Assembly: GCA_965235115.1 (NCBI GenBank)
Contig: OZ249441.1
Span: forward strand, 1,612,001 to 1,676,000
Direction: 5' to 3'
Length of the DNA stretch: 64,000 bases
DNA from: Laetmonice hystrix
Lineage: Eukaryota
Positions within the stretch are counted from its first letter, which is position 1; every line of letters begins with the position of its first letter. Shown one piece after another: positions 27,468 to 40,900 of the stretch. A model generated the notes under the pieces. The model did not search any database. It was not told the DNA's origin and worked only from the letters and a program-made list of their open reading frames with translations. The position numbers and the translations under genes are program-made.

Positions 27468-28618
27468 ACGTTTATGGGAATACTTAACTCATATCTGTTC
27501 TCTATAACATAACGTTTAGGGGAATACTTAACTCATATCTGTTCTCTATTACATAACGTTTAGGGGAATGCTTAACTCATATCTGTTCTCTATAACATAA
27601 CGTTTAGGGGAATACTTAACTCATATCTGTTCTCTACCGTATAACATAACGTTTATGGGAATACTTAACTCATATCTGTTCTCTATTACATAACGTTTAG
27701 GGGAATACTTAACTCATATCTGTTCTCTATAACATAACGTTTATGGGAATACTTAACTCATATCTGTTCTCTATTACATAACGTTTAGGGGAATACTTAA
27801 CTCATATCTGTTCTCTATAACATAACGTTTATGGGAATACTTAACTCATATCTGTTCTCTATAACATAACGTTTAGGGGAATACTTAACTCATATCTGTT
27901 CTCTATAACATAACGTTTAGGGGAATACATAACTCATATCTGTTCTCTATAACATAACGTTTATGGGAATACTTAACTCATATCTGTTCTCTATAACATA
28001 ACGTTTAGGGGAATACTTAACTCATATCTGTTCTCTATAACATAACGTTTTTGGGAATACTTAACTCATATCTCTTCTTTATAACATAACGTTTAGGGGA
28101 ATACTTAACTCATATCTGTTCTCTATAACATAACGTTTAGGGGAATACTTAACTCATATCTGTTCTCTATAACATAACGTTTATGGGAATACTTAACTCA
28201 TATCTGTTCTCTATAACATAACGTTTAGGGGAATACTTAACTCATATCTGTTCTCTTTAACATAACGTTTAGGGGAATACTTAACTCATATCTGTTCTCT
28301 ATAACATAACGTTTAGGGGAATACTTAACTCATATCTGTTCTCTATAACATAACGTTTTTGGGAATACTTAACTCATATCTGTTCTCTACCGTATAACAT
28401 AACGTTTATGGGAATACTTAACTCATATCTGTTCTCTATTACATAACGTTTAGAGGAATACTTAACTCATATCTGTTCTCTATAACATAACGTTTAGGGG
28501 AATACTTAACTCATATCTGTTCTCTATAACATAACGTTTAGGGGAATACTTAACTCATATCTGTTCTCTATAACATAACGTTTAGGGGAATACTTAACTC
28601 ATATCTCTTCTCTAAAAC
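27468..28618. repeat. 44 bp minisatellite, about 26 copies
   Basis: aacgttta(g/t)gggaatacttaactcatatctgttctctataacat. Confidence 0.97.
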
Positions 28619-28829
28619 ATCACTCCAAAGTCAAGGTGATCTATATAACGTCACTCCAAAGTCAAGGTGGATCACTATAACATCACTCCAAAGTCAAGGT
28701 GGATCTCTATAACATCACTCCAAAGTCAAGGTGATCTATATAACATCACTCCAAAGTCAAGGTGGATCTCTATAACATCACTCCAAAGTCAAGGTGGATC
28801 TCTATAACATCACTCCAAAGTCAAGGTGG
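28615..28829. repeat. Minisatellite of about 32 bp abutting the 44 bp array
   Basis: cactccaaagtcaaggtggatctctataacat, about 7 copies. Confidence 0.93.
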
Positions 28830-30037
28830 ATACTGGCATGTGACACCACGTTAGGAGCATAGAGAGTGTTTTCCCCAAGGTTTGTTTGAATGAAACCTGC
28901 CCTGGTTATCTATTTCACGAGTTATAAACCTTGGTATATTACCCAAGTAGTCTGGGGTCGGCAAAGTATTGCACGTCGAGTGGGGGATAATCCTTTGGGT
29001 TCATGTACAGCAGATCTCACTCTTTCTGCCCCATCTAACCAAAAATTATTGCTGTCACTAAAAATCTTTAAAATTTCTACTGTAAGGTGAAATACTGCAT
29101 TATTTCCCATAGAAATATCTTTTTAATAAAAGGTTGCTACTCAGTGTATCTTTCCATTTGGCAAATCTACTTGGTATATCAAATACAAAGCTTGATGGGC
29201 AGTGAGATTATACCAAGTGAAACATGTACTAAGGGATCCATTGACCCATCACGTCATCCTTTCTCTTCTATCTAGGCCAAAGGTCTTGCATCCCCCGCCA
29301 AGTTAACCTTAAATGATTTCTTCTCTTTCCGTCATTATCATTGGGGAATCCCTTGATGCCCTGGGGGCAACCACGCCGCGTGTTGGCCCCAGACCCATTC
29401 ATCACACGACTCCCATTGTCCCCCATAGAATATACAAACAGACTCCATCATCCAAACATTTTACACCAATCTCTGCCAGGTAGATATTAGATAACTGAAG
29501 ATTAAAGCAATGCCAAGGCCAATGTGGCGATAAAAATCACGGTGCTGAACGTGAAGCCTGCTTGTCAAGGAGGCTGAGCAGTGACGGCGGCGGCGGCGGC
29601 TCGCCAGTCACACAATCTCCACATGTTCATTATCACATGGCACCGGGGCCGGCCGAGCCGGAACTACTTTCTTGGGAGGGAATTCCCTCCCAGTCAGTCA
29701 GCTGGTGGTGTGTGTTGGTGTCATTCCCTGAGTGTATTGATTGCCATGTGCCGAGCTACACATTAGTAAGGGTGTGGGAGGGGGCGCTTCCCGGGTGTAA
29801 ACACAGCCCGCCTGCCAGTCACTCTACTCGGCCATCCCCCGCCAGCGGCCCACACAATGCTTACATCTGCCTGCCACTGCTACCTGCACCAATCACAGGT
29901 GGGCACCAGCCACTTTGTACAGGCTTCCCCAGCCCAGCCAACACCTGGTCACTGACCAGACAATAGGGCTACAGAAAAATTAGGCTGACAATAGGGTGTC
30001 ATCAGTGGTATCTCATCTGACGGCTTTCCTCTCCAAC

Positions 30038-32087
30038 ATCCTTACACCTGGCCATACCAGGCCACGGAAACCCTCACAGCATCTCCCCGACTAACCTGGC
30101 CAACCTCCACAGCATCCTTACACCTGGCCATACCAGGCCACGGAAACCCTCACAGCATCTCCCCGACTAACCTGGCCAACTTCCACAACATCCTTACACC
30201 TGGCTATACCAGGCCACGGAAACCCTCACAGCATCTCCCCGACTAACCTGGCCAACTTCCACAGCATCCTTACACCTGGCTATACCAGGCTGTAGACGGA
30301 AACCCTCACAGCATCTCCCCGACTAACCTGGCCAACTTCCACAGCATCCTTACACCTGGCTATACCAGGCCGGAGTACGGAAACCCTCACAGCATCTCCC
30401 CGACTAACCTGGCCAACTTCCACAGCATCCTTACACCTGGCCATACCAGGCCGTAGTACGGAAACCCTCACAGCATCTCCCCGACTAACCTGGCCAACTT
30501 CCACAGCATCCTTACACCTGGCTATACCAGGCCGTAGTACGGGAAACCCTCACAGCATCTCCCCGACAAACCTGGCCAACTTCCACAGCATCCTTACACC
30601 TGGCTATACCAGGCCGTAGTACGGGAAACCCTCACAGCATCTCCCCGACAAACCTGGCCAACTTCCACAGCATCCTTACACCTGGCTATACCAGGCCGTA
30701 GACGGAAACCCTCACAGCATCTCCCCGACTAACCTGGCCAACTTCCACAGCATCCTTACACCTGGCTATACCAGGCCGTAGACAGAAACCCTCACAGCAT
30801 CTCCCCGACTAACCTGGCCAACTTCCCCAACATCCTTACACCTGGCTATACCAGGCCGTAGACGGAAACCCTCACAGCATCTCCCCGACTAACCTGGCCA
30901 ACTTCCACAGCATCCTTACACCTGGCCATACCAGGCCGTAGACAGAAACCCTCACAGCATCTCCCCGACTAACCTGGCCAACTTCCACAGCATCCTTACA
31001 CCTGGCTATACCAGGCCGTAGTACGGAAACCCTCACAGCATCTCCCCGACTAACCTGGCCAACTTCCCCAACATCCTTACACCTGGCCATACCAGGCCGT
31101 AGACAGAAACCCTCACAGCATCTCCCCGACTAACCTGGCCAACTTCCCCAACATCCTTACACCTGGCCATACCAGGCTGTAGACGGAAACCCTCACAGCA
31201 TCTCCCCGACTAACCTGGCCAACTTCCACAACATCCTTACACCTGGCTATACCAGGCCGTAGACGGAAACCCTCACAGCATCTCCCCGACTAATCTGGCC
31301 AACTTCCACAGCATCCTTACACCTGGCTATACCAGGCCGTAGACGGAAACCCTCACAGCATCTCCCCGACTAACCTCGCCAACTTCCACAGCATCCTTAC
31401 ACCTGGCTATACCAGGCCGTAGACAGAAACCCTCACAGCATCTCCCCGACTAACCTGGCCAACTTCCACAGCATCCTTACACCTGGCTATACCAGGCCGT
31501 AGTACGGAAACCCTCACAGCATCTCCCCGACTAACCTCGCCAACTTCCACAGCATCCTTACAGGGGTGGAAATTAGGGAAAATTACCTACTAGCCAGCAG
31601 GGCTAGTTAAGTAGAAATTTAACTAGCCCTGCTGTAAATGAACTAGCCAGCAGGACGAGTTCAGGTGAAGGGTTACTCGCCCTCCACGTGACCACTGCCC
31701 AGCCATTCAACCCACAGAAATCTGTAAAGTTGAAGGTGCTACCTTGTGGCTTTAGAAGATCTGGAATTGGGCAACTGGGGAACTTAGAACCTACTGAACA
31801 TTATAAATTCTCTGCCCGGTAGTATCATGACGACTGCCATTGTAGGGGCAGGCGATTACAGGAAAAAATCACTCGCCCATTAATTTTAGACAAATCGCCA
31901 GCAGGGCGACCTGAATGGTCAGACAAGGTCGCCCAACAGAGGTTTAACTCGCCACGGGCGAGCGGGCGAGCGTTAATTTCCACCCCTGTCCTTACATCTG
32001 GCCATACCAGGCCGTAGACGGAAACCCTCACAGCATCTCCCCAGTTCGGAAACCCTCACAGCATCTCACCGACTAACCTGGCCAACT
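30038..32087. repeat. 76-83 bp minisatellite (about 20 copies) interrupted by a MITE
   Basis: atccttacacctggctataccaggccgtagacggaaaccctcacagcatctccccgactaacctggccaacttccacagc. Confidence 0.96.
31561..31988. mobile_element. Non-autonomous DNA transposon (MITE), 428 bp, 6 bp TSD
   Basis: TIR CAGGGGTGGAAATTA / TAATTTCCACCCCTG; TCCTTA on both flanks (31555-60, 31989-94). Confidence 0.9.
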
Positions 32088-34611
32088 GATAATGCCAGGC
32101 TTCAAAGTGTCATGTAGTAGCCATGTACAACATGTACTATTACAGTCATTTCTTAATCATTTCACATTTATCTCAACACTAAGCTGACAAGTAAAAAATT
32201 CCAAATCAAAAATCAGTATGGCATTTAAGTCATGGCAGCAAGCTCATGGCAAGTTTCAAGATTTACCTGCTAACAGAAAAAACAGATTAGAGGAAAGTTC
32301 TATGGATGCAAAAATCAATGTAAGGAAAACATGCTGTATGTTCTGTGTAAGTATCGTTAGGTCCCTTGACGTTTCCTCACCTTTAGAGAGATGAAATAGA
32401 CAAGGGCTGCGTGAGTATTGATCAGCAATACAGCAACAAAAATTGTAGAAAAACCAAGCTACTTCTGAAGAGATCCCGTATAAAACATAAATCCGTTAAA
32501 TGGGATACAAATCAAACAATCAAATCAACTGGGTCTAGTTCTTTTAGACTGAGGATTAATGAAGACCCTAACACTTTATCAATCCTGCTACTTGGTGCAT
32601 GATGATGTTTTGTACCTGCGTGATTATTTTTTGTACCAAGGTAATTATGTTTTGTATCGACATAATATTCGGGTACTCTGATGCAAGAAAAAGCCGTCAT
32701 CACCTTGTATTTGTACCTTCCTTTGATGCAATTTCCCTCGTGACACATTGTTGCTCTCCCTCGTAAACCTACAACGGTGACCCGGTCATCGTCAACCCAT
32801 CTATTCTCCTACTTTACATCTCTGTCGGTCCTGATAAAATACCCATTTACCTTTTTTTTTATCAGTGTTGTTTACAATGTGACAATTCTCATGGTGCCGG
32901 GACAAAGCCTGGTCACCATATCATACCTATATTATTTTTGGCACCTGTGGTAATTTTTGTTCCTTTTTTAAGGGACTTTTTTAAATACAGGCACTGATAG
33001 CCTATGTTGAAATATTGTCCTATTCATTTTAGTTGAAACCCCTTTCAAACACAGAAGAAACCAATGTCTAGTTTAACTATACATAGGTTTTAAATTAAAT
33101 ATAAAATTCTAGGTACCTCCCCAACACAATATCATCACCACATTTCAAGCACCATCTTTTCCCGCATTTTAACAATTGCTGTAGAAAGAGGAGAAAGTTA
33201 GTGAAAGTTCAAGGTATGCATTTTATACAGGTCTGCTAATTACAACTTATAAAATACGTATACATCCGATTTATGGCATAATGTTCATAAATCATATTTT
33301 GTTGTCTGCGCAGACCCAGTAGGGGGCACGTTAAGACAAGTATAAAACGGTGGGAGAGAGAGGTTCTCCATTATAACACTAGGTGGCACCAGTGTGCACC
33401 ACCTGCTATTGGTTCTACCACGTGAACTCGTCCAACAAGGCTGGCTGATCTCATGTATGGCTGCCACTGGCTGCCTGCGCTCAGCCCTGCCGCACGTCCA
33501 CCGCACACAGGGTACTTCTCAACATGAAACCCTGCCCACACACTTCCTATCTCCTCACTTCTCATACAAACAACCTATATGTGAATTAATTGTTAACCTC
33601 ATGTCACTAGGATTCACATTTCTGATTGTAACACAAGTTGGGTTTGTCTCACAGCACCAACTGGTCACATGTTATTTCTAGCCCAACTGTCGGCGCCGAC
33701 ACAGCCAGCCATTTTGGATGACAGAACTGGCTGGTAGTGGCGGTAGCATGCTGTCCAGAACCAGTCGGTGTTCGAATCACAACCTTTCTGAACGCAACCC
33801 ACAGCGACAATACTACCTTAACCAAGTGTAATATAGGTAATTAACCTCTGCTGTGACACTGGGTTAACGTTAAGAATATGGTAGATATATATTCACACCA
33901 GCACCATATTCATGAATTATGATAAATTTTAAGAAGTGCTGCCATGGTAAATAAATCAAACCTGAATCTTGGTTGCTTTAATATTTTTCATATATTTGAA
34001 AGGATAATTTGGGAATTTGATAGGTTAGACAATCACGGAGCAATCTTCTCTGACACATACCAAATGACGCCACCCTTCAACATGGAGCCAATCTTCACGG
34101 AACACCACTGACTCATATGGTTGTCCATATTTCAACATTTCACCGAGGTAATGTTCCACAGAGAATCCCCATTCCACACAATCTAAAAACACACTTAAAA
34201 TTCTTTTAAAATGTCTTTAAAAATACTGATTCTTCTTATCTATATTGCCACTGACGCTGTGTGGCAGTGTCTGCTGTCTTATGCTAGGCCAGAATCTTCA
34301 GTTGAATTGGCTGAGAAACTGATGCAGCTGACTGCCAGTTCAACGGCAAATTCTGAAGAAACAGCTGTGAAGCACTATGTCATAATTTTAATCAATGAAA
34401 GCCGTTTTCCCTCTTACCGATTTCTTTCAATGACCAGTGATTATCTACAATATATTACCGTAAATCTACTCTATACCCTCCAGCTTAATGAGAACTAGTA
34501 GTGTACTGTGAGCTATATTCCTCTCAGTTTACCTGCAATCATACAACGAACCTCCTGGCTTTAGGGCTCTCCCCAACTCCAATACATTTGATGTAACGTG
34601 AGTGCTGATCT

Positions 34612-34941
34612 CAGGGTTCCTATGACTTTAGACTACTAAAATTCCAGGACATTTGACACATTTTCCAGGACATTATTTTAATAAGTAAATTTCTTCAGTT
34701 GCTGTTAAAATATCATTTTATTAGATTCTGACAGATACCAGCATGTCTAATTAATAAATGTTTAATCTCATGTTTTGAGAGGAGCCAGAAACACTTTTCC
34801 TGGGCATTCGGGAGGAGGGGGGGGGGGCATTATTATTCCAGGACAACTAACTAGAGTTTTTTCCAGGAAATTCCAGGCCTGGAAAATGAAAACTGGGAAT
34901 TCCAGGAATTTCCAGGATTTCCAGCACCCGTGTGAACCCTG
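34612..34941. mobile_element. MITE, 330 bp, degenerate 6 bp TSD
   Basis: Ends CAGGGTTC / GAACCCTG; flanks TGATCT and TGATTT; internal ttccagga subterminal repeats. Confidence 0.75.
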
Positions 34942-37900
34942 TGATTTGTTTTTTGGAGTTTGCTGATTATTTTACAATCCAAGAAAGACACTTCATTTTC
35001 AATGATTTTCCAATGACTTTTTCAGAAATTCTGCCAAGATAACAACTTACTATAAGATAGCCCTGAATTCTAACATCTTCAGTTCTGGTATGTGAAGGTC
35101 ATATGAAAATCAAGCCCAATTTAAAGGTCTATGAGTGAAATGCGGTCACTCTATATCCACGCAGCTTCCAAAACCTATTTGACCTGCACAATTCCCATTA
35201 TAAAAAGAAATACATCTGACCACGGCCCGTACCTTGGTTCTATGTTCCTGACTTATAAAGTTAAAACTTCATCAATACACAACATTTGAATTATTTTAAA
35301 TGACAACTGACTTTCACAGACATTCTTCATCAAATACACTCTAATTACCATAGAACCTACTTATTACACCGACTGAGCCAGCTGGGCACTTTGAGTTTGA
35401 CCTAAATCCTAGTGTCTGGCTGATAGTTGGATATCTAGCCTCAGGCTTCTCTAAAATTCCCACCCTGGGTAAAAGAACATGCCATGAGATGGAGCGACCA
35501 CCTTGGCATTCCCTGGCTGAGGACTAAGACAGTGAATGTCTAAGTTGTACTCGATATTGCTTAAAGTTGCATGACCTTGAGTCAAACTTTCATGGTCAAA
35601 TAAGGTCAGGTTTATGAAACGAGCTCACGAATTGAAACCATGTCAGACCTTTTACATAGCTAACTGTGTTTGAAATTATGCTCTGCCTACATACTGTTCT
35701 CAGCACAGGAAGACTAAAGTACAAGACGCCACAAAGCAACTGGCATCTGTACTTTATGATCAAATGATTCCAAATTCCTTGGAGGAAGTCGGTTTCACAA
35801 GCTGAACTCGAACATCAATTATCTTAAATTGAATCAAAATTCTAATATTGACGTGAAGGACCTACTCCTGAAGAACAGCGTCCGTGATTTGTGATGTGGG
35901 TTTATTTCGGGCAAAAGCTCATCAAGACCCATTACGACATGGAAACTAAAGCAAGCTAACCTAGATTTATTACAGACGTAATCATCATTGCAGGCATATA
36001 ACCATTCTTTGTAAAGCTACTGGGTTAAGATGTTTTCACCTAACCAGTAACTTGGTACCTCCTGACCAAAGTTGGGCCAATACCAAATTCACGTAAGTCC
36101 CAATGAAACCGAATCCAAAGTCTATGTCCGAGGAGCTAGCCAACTAACCTACTAAGGCTGACCTAATTTCACCCATGGATTGTCAACCTCATCAGAGACC
36201 TGTGTTTGAGCACTGCCACGAATTCGGGCCGAATACATCCAGCTCAGGAAAGTCGAATGAGAGAACTTTTTGAATTGTCTTTGTTGCTTAGGATGGTTCT
36301 TGGTGACAATGGTTCTTCTCAAACTAAGCTTTTGCTTCAACAGAGCATTGGAAAAAAATAAAGCAAGAAATGTTCTTTTTGGGGGGTCCCCTCCAAACAG
36401 GCCTGCAGGAAACCCTGCATACATGTCTAAATGATACGTCAACGATACTTAAAACCACATTATGAGCAATAATACGGCGTCCTGCGACTGTCAAGCCTTG
36501 GTGAAGCCAAATTTGTTCAAGTTATCCTCCATAAACCAAACCTTAAGATCAATGAAGGGCCAGCTGACCTCGGCCGAGCTTAAAAAATTATTTACTCCGG
36601 ATGAAGAATCTGGCCATGTATGATTTAAAACCTTGTGGTTGGAAAACTTTTTTTAACATCTTGCATTTTCAATTTTTTTCAGACACGATTTCACACACTC
36701 ACGGACACATGATAGATGGCTGCCATTTCGATTTTTCAATTCTTCCAGTGCAGGAGAAAATTCCCACCCCGCCCCAAAAAATTTCCTCCCCGCCTCATCA
36801 GATTTTTCTTGAAGAAAATTCTTTGGAACAAACCATTTTTTAAGGCCGGCCCTACTTGTCCCAGGATTTGGCCAAATATAAAGCCAATGTCTGAGACAAC
36901 CCCTAGGGTTCGTAGTCCTACATGTGAGTTCCCCGCCCCCCCCCCCCCACGCCCCCCCAAGACTTTTCAAGGTCTTTTCTAGGTCTAAATCCTAAACACA
37001 AGGAATTCCAAAAGAATCGAGCTAAATCAGTCCATGGAATCTACAGTTAAAAATCCGCGCATATATATGGTGAATTGTGGACAAGCTTGTGAAGCTTAAC
37101 AGAATCAAAATTAACCTGAAATTTAGTGCCAGATCTTGATGATACATGCAATTTGTTGTTGTTTAACTTAAAGGAGCGGTTATTGTACAAGAACATGAAC
37201 TGTGTGTAAGCTGTTTTAAAGACAAATTCCCCTGATGACGTCATCAGGGGCAATGGTAAAGAATAGGCAGGAGTGAGACTGTATCAACATCAATGTGGCA
37301 CGCGATTCGAATTTTCAATATTTTTCTAAATTGAGAGGACTTCTCAGAAAACATAACAGGGACACTTCTACAACTCAAAGTGATCTATCTAGATCAGTAA
37401 AGTTACCTATGTGATGTCAGTTGCACTTTAACATACATGACTTTTGCTATGTAGTGGAAGGTGACTCAAGATTGAAGAAATAATCCCAAATAGAACTACA
37501 ATACATCTGGCTTTCTATCCATCACAAAGTGTAGTTAGTTATAGAGTTATAGCTTTGAAGGTGTAAGCCACTGAAAAGATGCACTAAATAGAGTGAATGG
37601 CCACCCCCCCCCCCCCCCCAGACAACAGGACAGCGCCTACAAACCATCTTTTGCTGGTGAATATGTACTTTGAACTGGAAATTTAACGTCCATTGAAGGT
37701 GAATATATATACTTTTATTGTAAATTGCACGATTCCGTAATATTTTGAGAAAAATGCGGAGTGCAGAATACATCACTCAAATGCAGAATGCAGAAGGGTT
37801 GGCAGGTATGTTATAGTAGGCCTACCGGATATAGTAGAGATGACTATTGGCAGTACCGGTGTTGCAAAGTTCGCGGATTGTTGATCCTGACACTGCAAAT

Positions 37901-40900
37901 TATGCAATTAGACCGCTCGCTCACATTTAATCCAGGCTATCTGATCACCATCTTGGTGGCCACAAAGTCGAGTGAACTGACTAGTTATAAGCCGACTGAA
38001 ACTTTTTGATCTTTTTATTTAAATATAAACAGTTCCAAGACAACCCTGTTTCGTTGGATATTGCCGCAACCAGTTTTGAGGTTCTCGTTTGCTCATCTAA
38101 TTGGGCAACCAAATTTCTGGGAGATTTGGCAGACCCTGTCAAGTCAAGACGAAGAAGATCTATCGATGACATGACCATTTTACGTAATGCTACAACATCA
38201 AGAACAATGGTGTCAAACGAAGGCATACTTCATATTTGTCAACAATAGTAATTACTACGTTATCTTACACCATTCTCAAGATATGAGCCAAAATAGTGTT
38301 ATCATGGGGGGGGGGGGGGGAAGAAATATGGCCGGCATGTCGCCATATTGGATCTAAACGTATGTTACACTGCCACTCACATGCTTCTTCTTTGACCCTA
38401 ATCTACAAGAAATCGTTTTGTCCGAGGTCTTGTTCCAAAGGTGTAAACCAAGATGACCATCAAGCGGCCACTTTGAAGGTTATCAGAAATCTGTTTGACC
38501 ATCATCTTTAGACCATCCCTGATCATTGTGTAATGTTTCACACTGTAAGATTATGTGGTTATCTTCAAATGTTTTGGTGACACAGGCCATTGAAAATACA
38601 TATGACCTTGATTGAACTTTCAAGGTCACTCAAGTTCGTGGAACATGGTGTCAAATGATGGTTCTGATATGCTTTCCTATCTCTTAATAACAGTAGCATT
38701 CATGTCACACCATTTGCACCAAATTTGAATGGAAGCAGAATGGTAAATGTCGAAATTATTTCTTGAAATATCTTTGACAGTTCCCCCAGTTGATGAAAGT
38801 TCCTAAAAGTCGCCACAGCAGGCTTTCATTTGTTAAAATTGGGCGCGATCGCGCTCGCACTCCATTGCGCTGGTAAAATGTGATCTAGGGGCGTGACTAA
38901 TCGTGCTCCGTAGAATTTATTTAAAATTTTTTTAGCTGAGGACTGAATAGCATTAGCAGTGATAGGCAAAACGTGACATTATGTATCTTTAGGTTGAAGT
39001 TAGGGAGCAAACTGATTCATATGAATGCTAGACAGTACAAAACCTTAGGTATCACTCATTATTACTCAGGTATCCTGTCAATGCCTCACTACAACTAAAT
39101 CACTCCCAAAGACATTTATTGGGGAGCTAATTTTTCGGGTGTGAAAAGCTCCCGATACCAATGCTTCAAGAGTAATTTATAGCTCTTGCGGATTTTTCAA
39201 AAAGAAAAGCCTGCCACAGTGTCGCCACGGTGCACAAAGGACTGTGCAGCGTTCTCGCCAGTCTTTTTCAGGTAGCGGGCCGCTACGCTGTGTATTTAGG
39301 CCACTACACTGTCTTTGAGGCCGCTACATTGTCTCTTGACCAGCGTAGCGGCAAAAACTTGTCTAAATTCAACAGAACCCACAGGAATACCGGTAAAATG
39401 TCACTTGTTTACTGTCCAGTTTTACAAACCTTTCTTATCTGACTATCTAGACCGCAAGATAAGGCTCTAAAATAGCCTAAATTACCTGAGCTTGCGAGCT
39501 TTGCCCCTCCTGTACCCCTAACCAGGGCTCTGCCCTTAGTTTGACCACTATGCTGTCGAAAATTTCTGGTGAGTAGTTAAAAATTTGCGTGCCTAGCCGA
39601 CTTCTTCCAGAGCGACGTCATTCTCTCCAGCCCTGTTCGATTTTCTCACAGACTTAGGCTAGGTCCCCCTACCGGCTAGTTCTTGGCCTACGTGTGTCTC
39701 GTTGTATAACTTGGAACTAATTACCGAGTAAGGAGACACATGTCCAAGTCAAAACCCTGCTGGCTGACAACAATTAACCTCACCTTATTGCTTGATTTTT
39801 GGCAAGTAGGCCTATTAAAACTGGTCACAGGTCTTCAGAAAAAATGCTTGCCTGGAGGTTTAAATTGAATTTTCGTTGAGTAATTACTTGCTCGCCTGGA
39901 CTTTTCAAAAGACAAGGCCTGCCCTGTCTTAAAAACCTTGTTTACAAAATATAAATTTCTGCAAGTGCAAGTACTGAACATACCTGACATCATTCACAAA
40001 AAGCCCAAATCATTTAAGTAAATTTAACTGCAAGTTCCTTGTTCTGTTCCGTGCATAATGAATTTTTTCCCAAATGAACTTCAAAAGGCAGAGTCTAAGG
40101 TAATTCTGCAATATGTATACAAAGATTAGCCCTACATGCTTGACAATGACATGGAATGGTTTAAATGCTCTAGAAATTAGGAAAAATTAACATCAGTTTG
40201 GTTAAAATGAGATTTTCAATTAAGATAATTTTAAAGTGAAAAACTTCTTTCCTTAAGACAAAGAGGATCACAAAGGCTACAGGACAAGAGGCCACTTGGC
40301 TTTCTTCTAATCTAAATACTTTCTTTGGTTGCCTGGGACAGGGTTGGACAATGTGCACAAGTTTGCCTTTGACTTTGAGGTCAAGGTTCCGTGGTCTAAT
40401 GAACTTGCCCATCCAGGTAATGGATAATTTAGTTTTACTTATTAAGCCTACCCATCATCAGGCTCATTTGCACTAACCTTAAGCCGGCCTAACATCAACC
40501 AATTTTTAAAAGTTGGCCGATTATAGGATCAGCCGACAAAGTCGTCAAGATCTGACATGGTCAGACCCTTGGCGACCCAGATTTTCTTTGTCAACACCGA
40601 TTAAATCGGGTCACCGGGGGTCTCACACTGACCGATTTTACCCTAAAATCAGCCAATTTTTAGATTTTATCATGCAGGAACACCCCCCTCCACCGAAATT
40701 CCTGCTGATTTCTACAGTATAACCCTACTTTAAATTAAATACTTGCAAGTGACCACAAACACCTCACAATTTGCCATTTCCTCAATCCATAATTTACCCG
40801 TTTAAAACATCAGCTGATTCGATTCTACTCACACAAACAATGTCATGTCATGGAAGCAGTTTCCATGCAAGCGGTATCCATGGAAGCAGCTTTCTCCAAA

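Noticed and set aside
33740-33790. tRNA gene suggested by GTTCGAATC
   Set aside because: No acceptor, D or anticodon stems; at most a SINE remnant.
36152-36600. 96 aa ORF and an IIAHN segment as a Polinton polB fragment
   Set aside because: The motif lacks the following conserved residues and the surrounding frames are full of stops; not supportable by eye.
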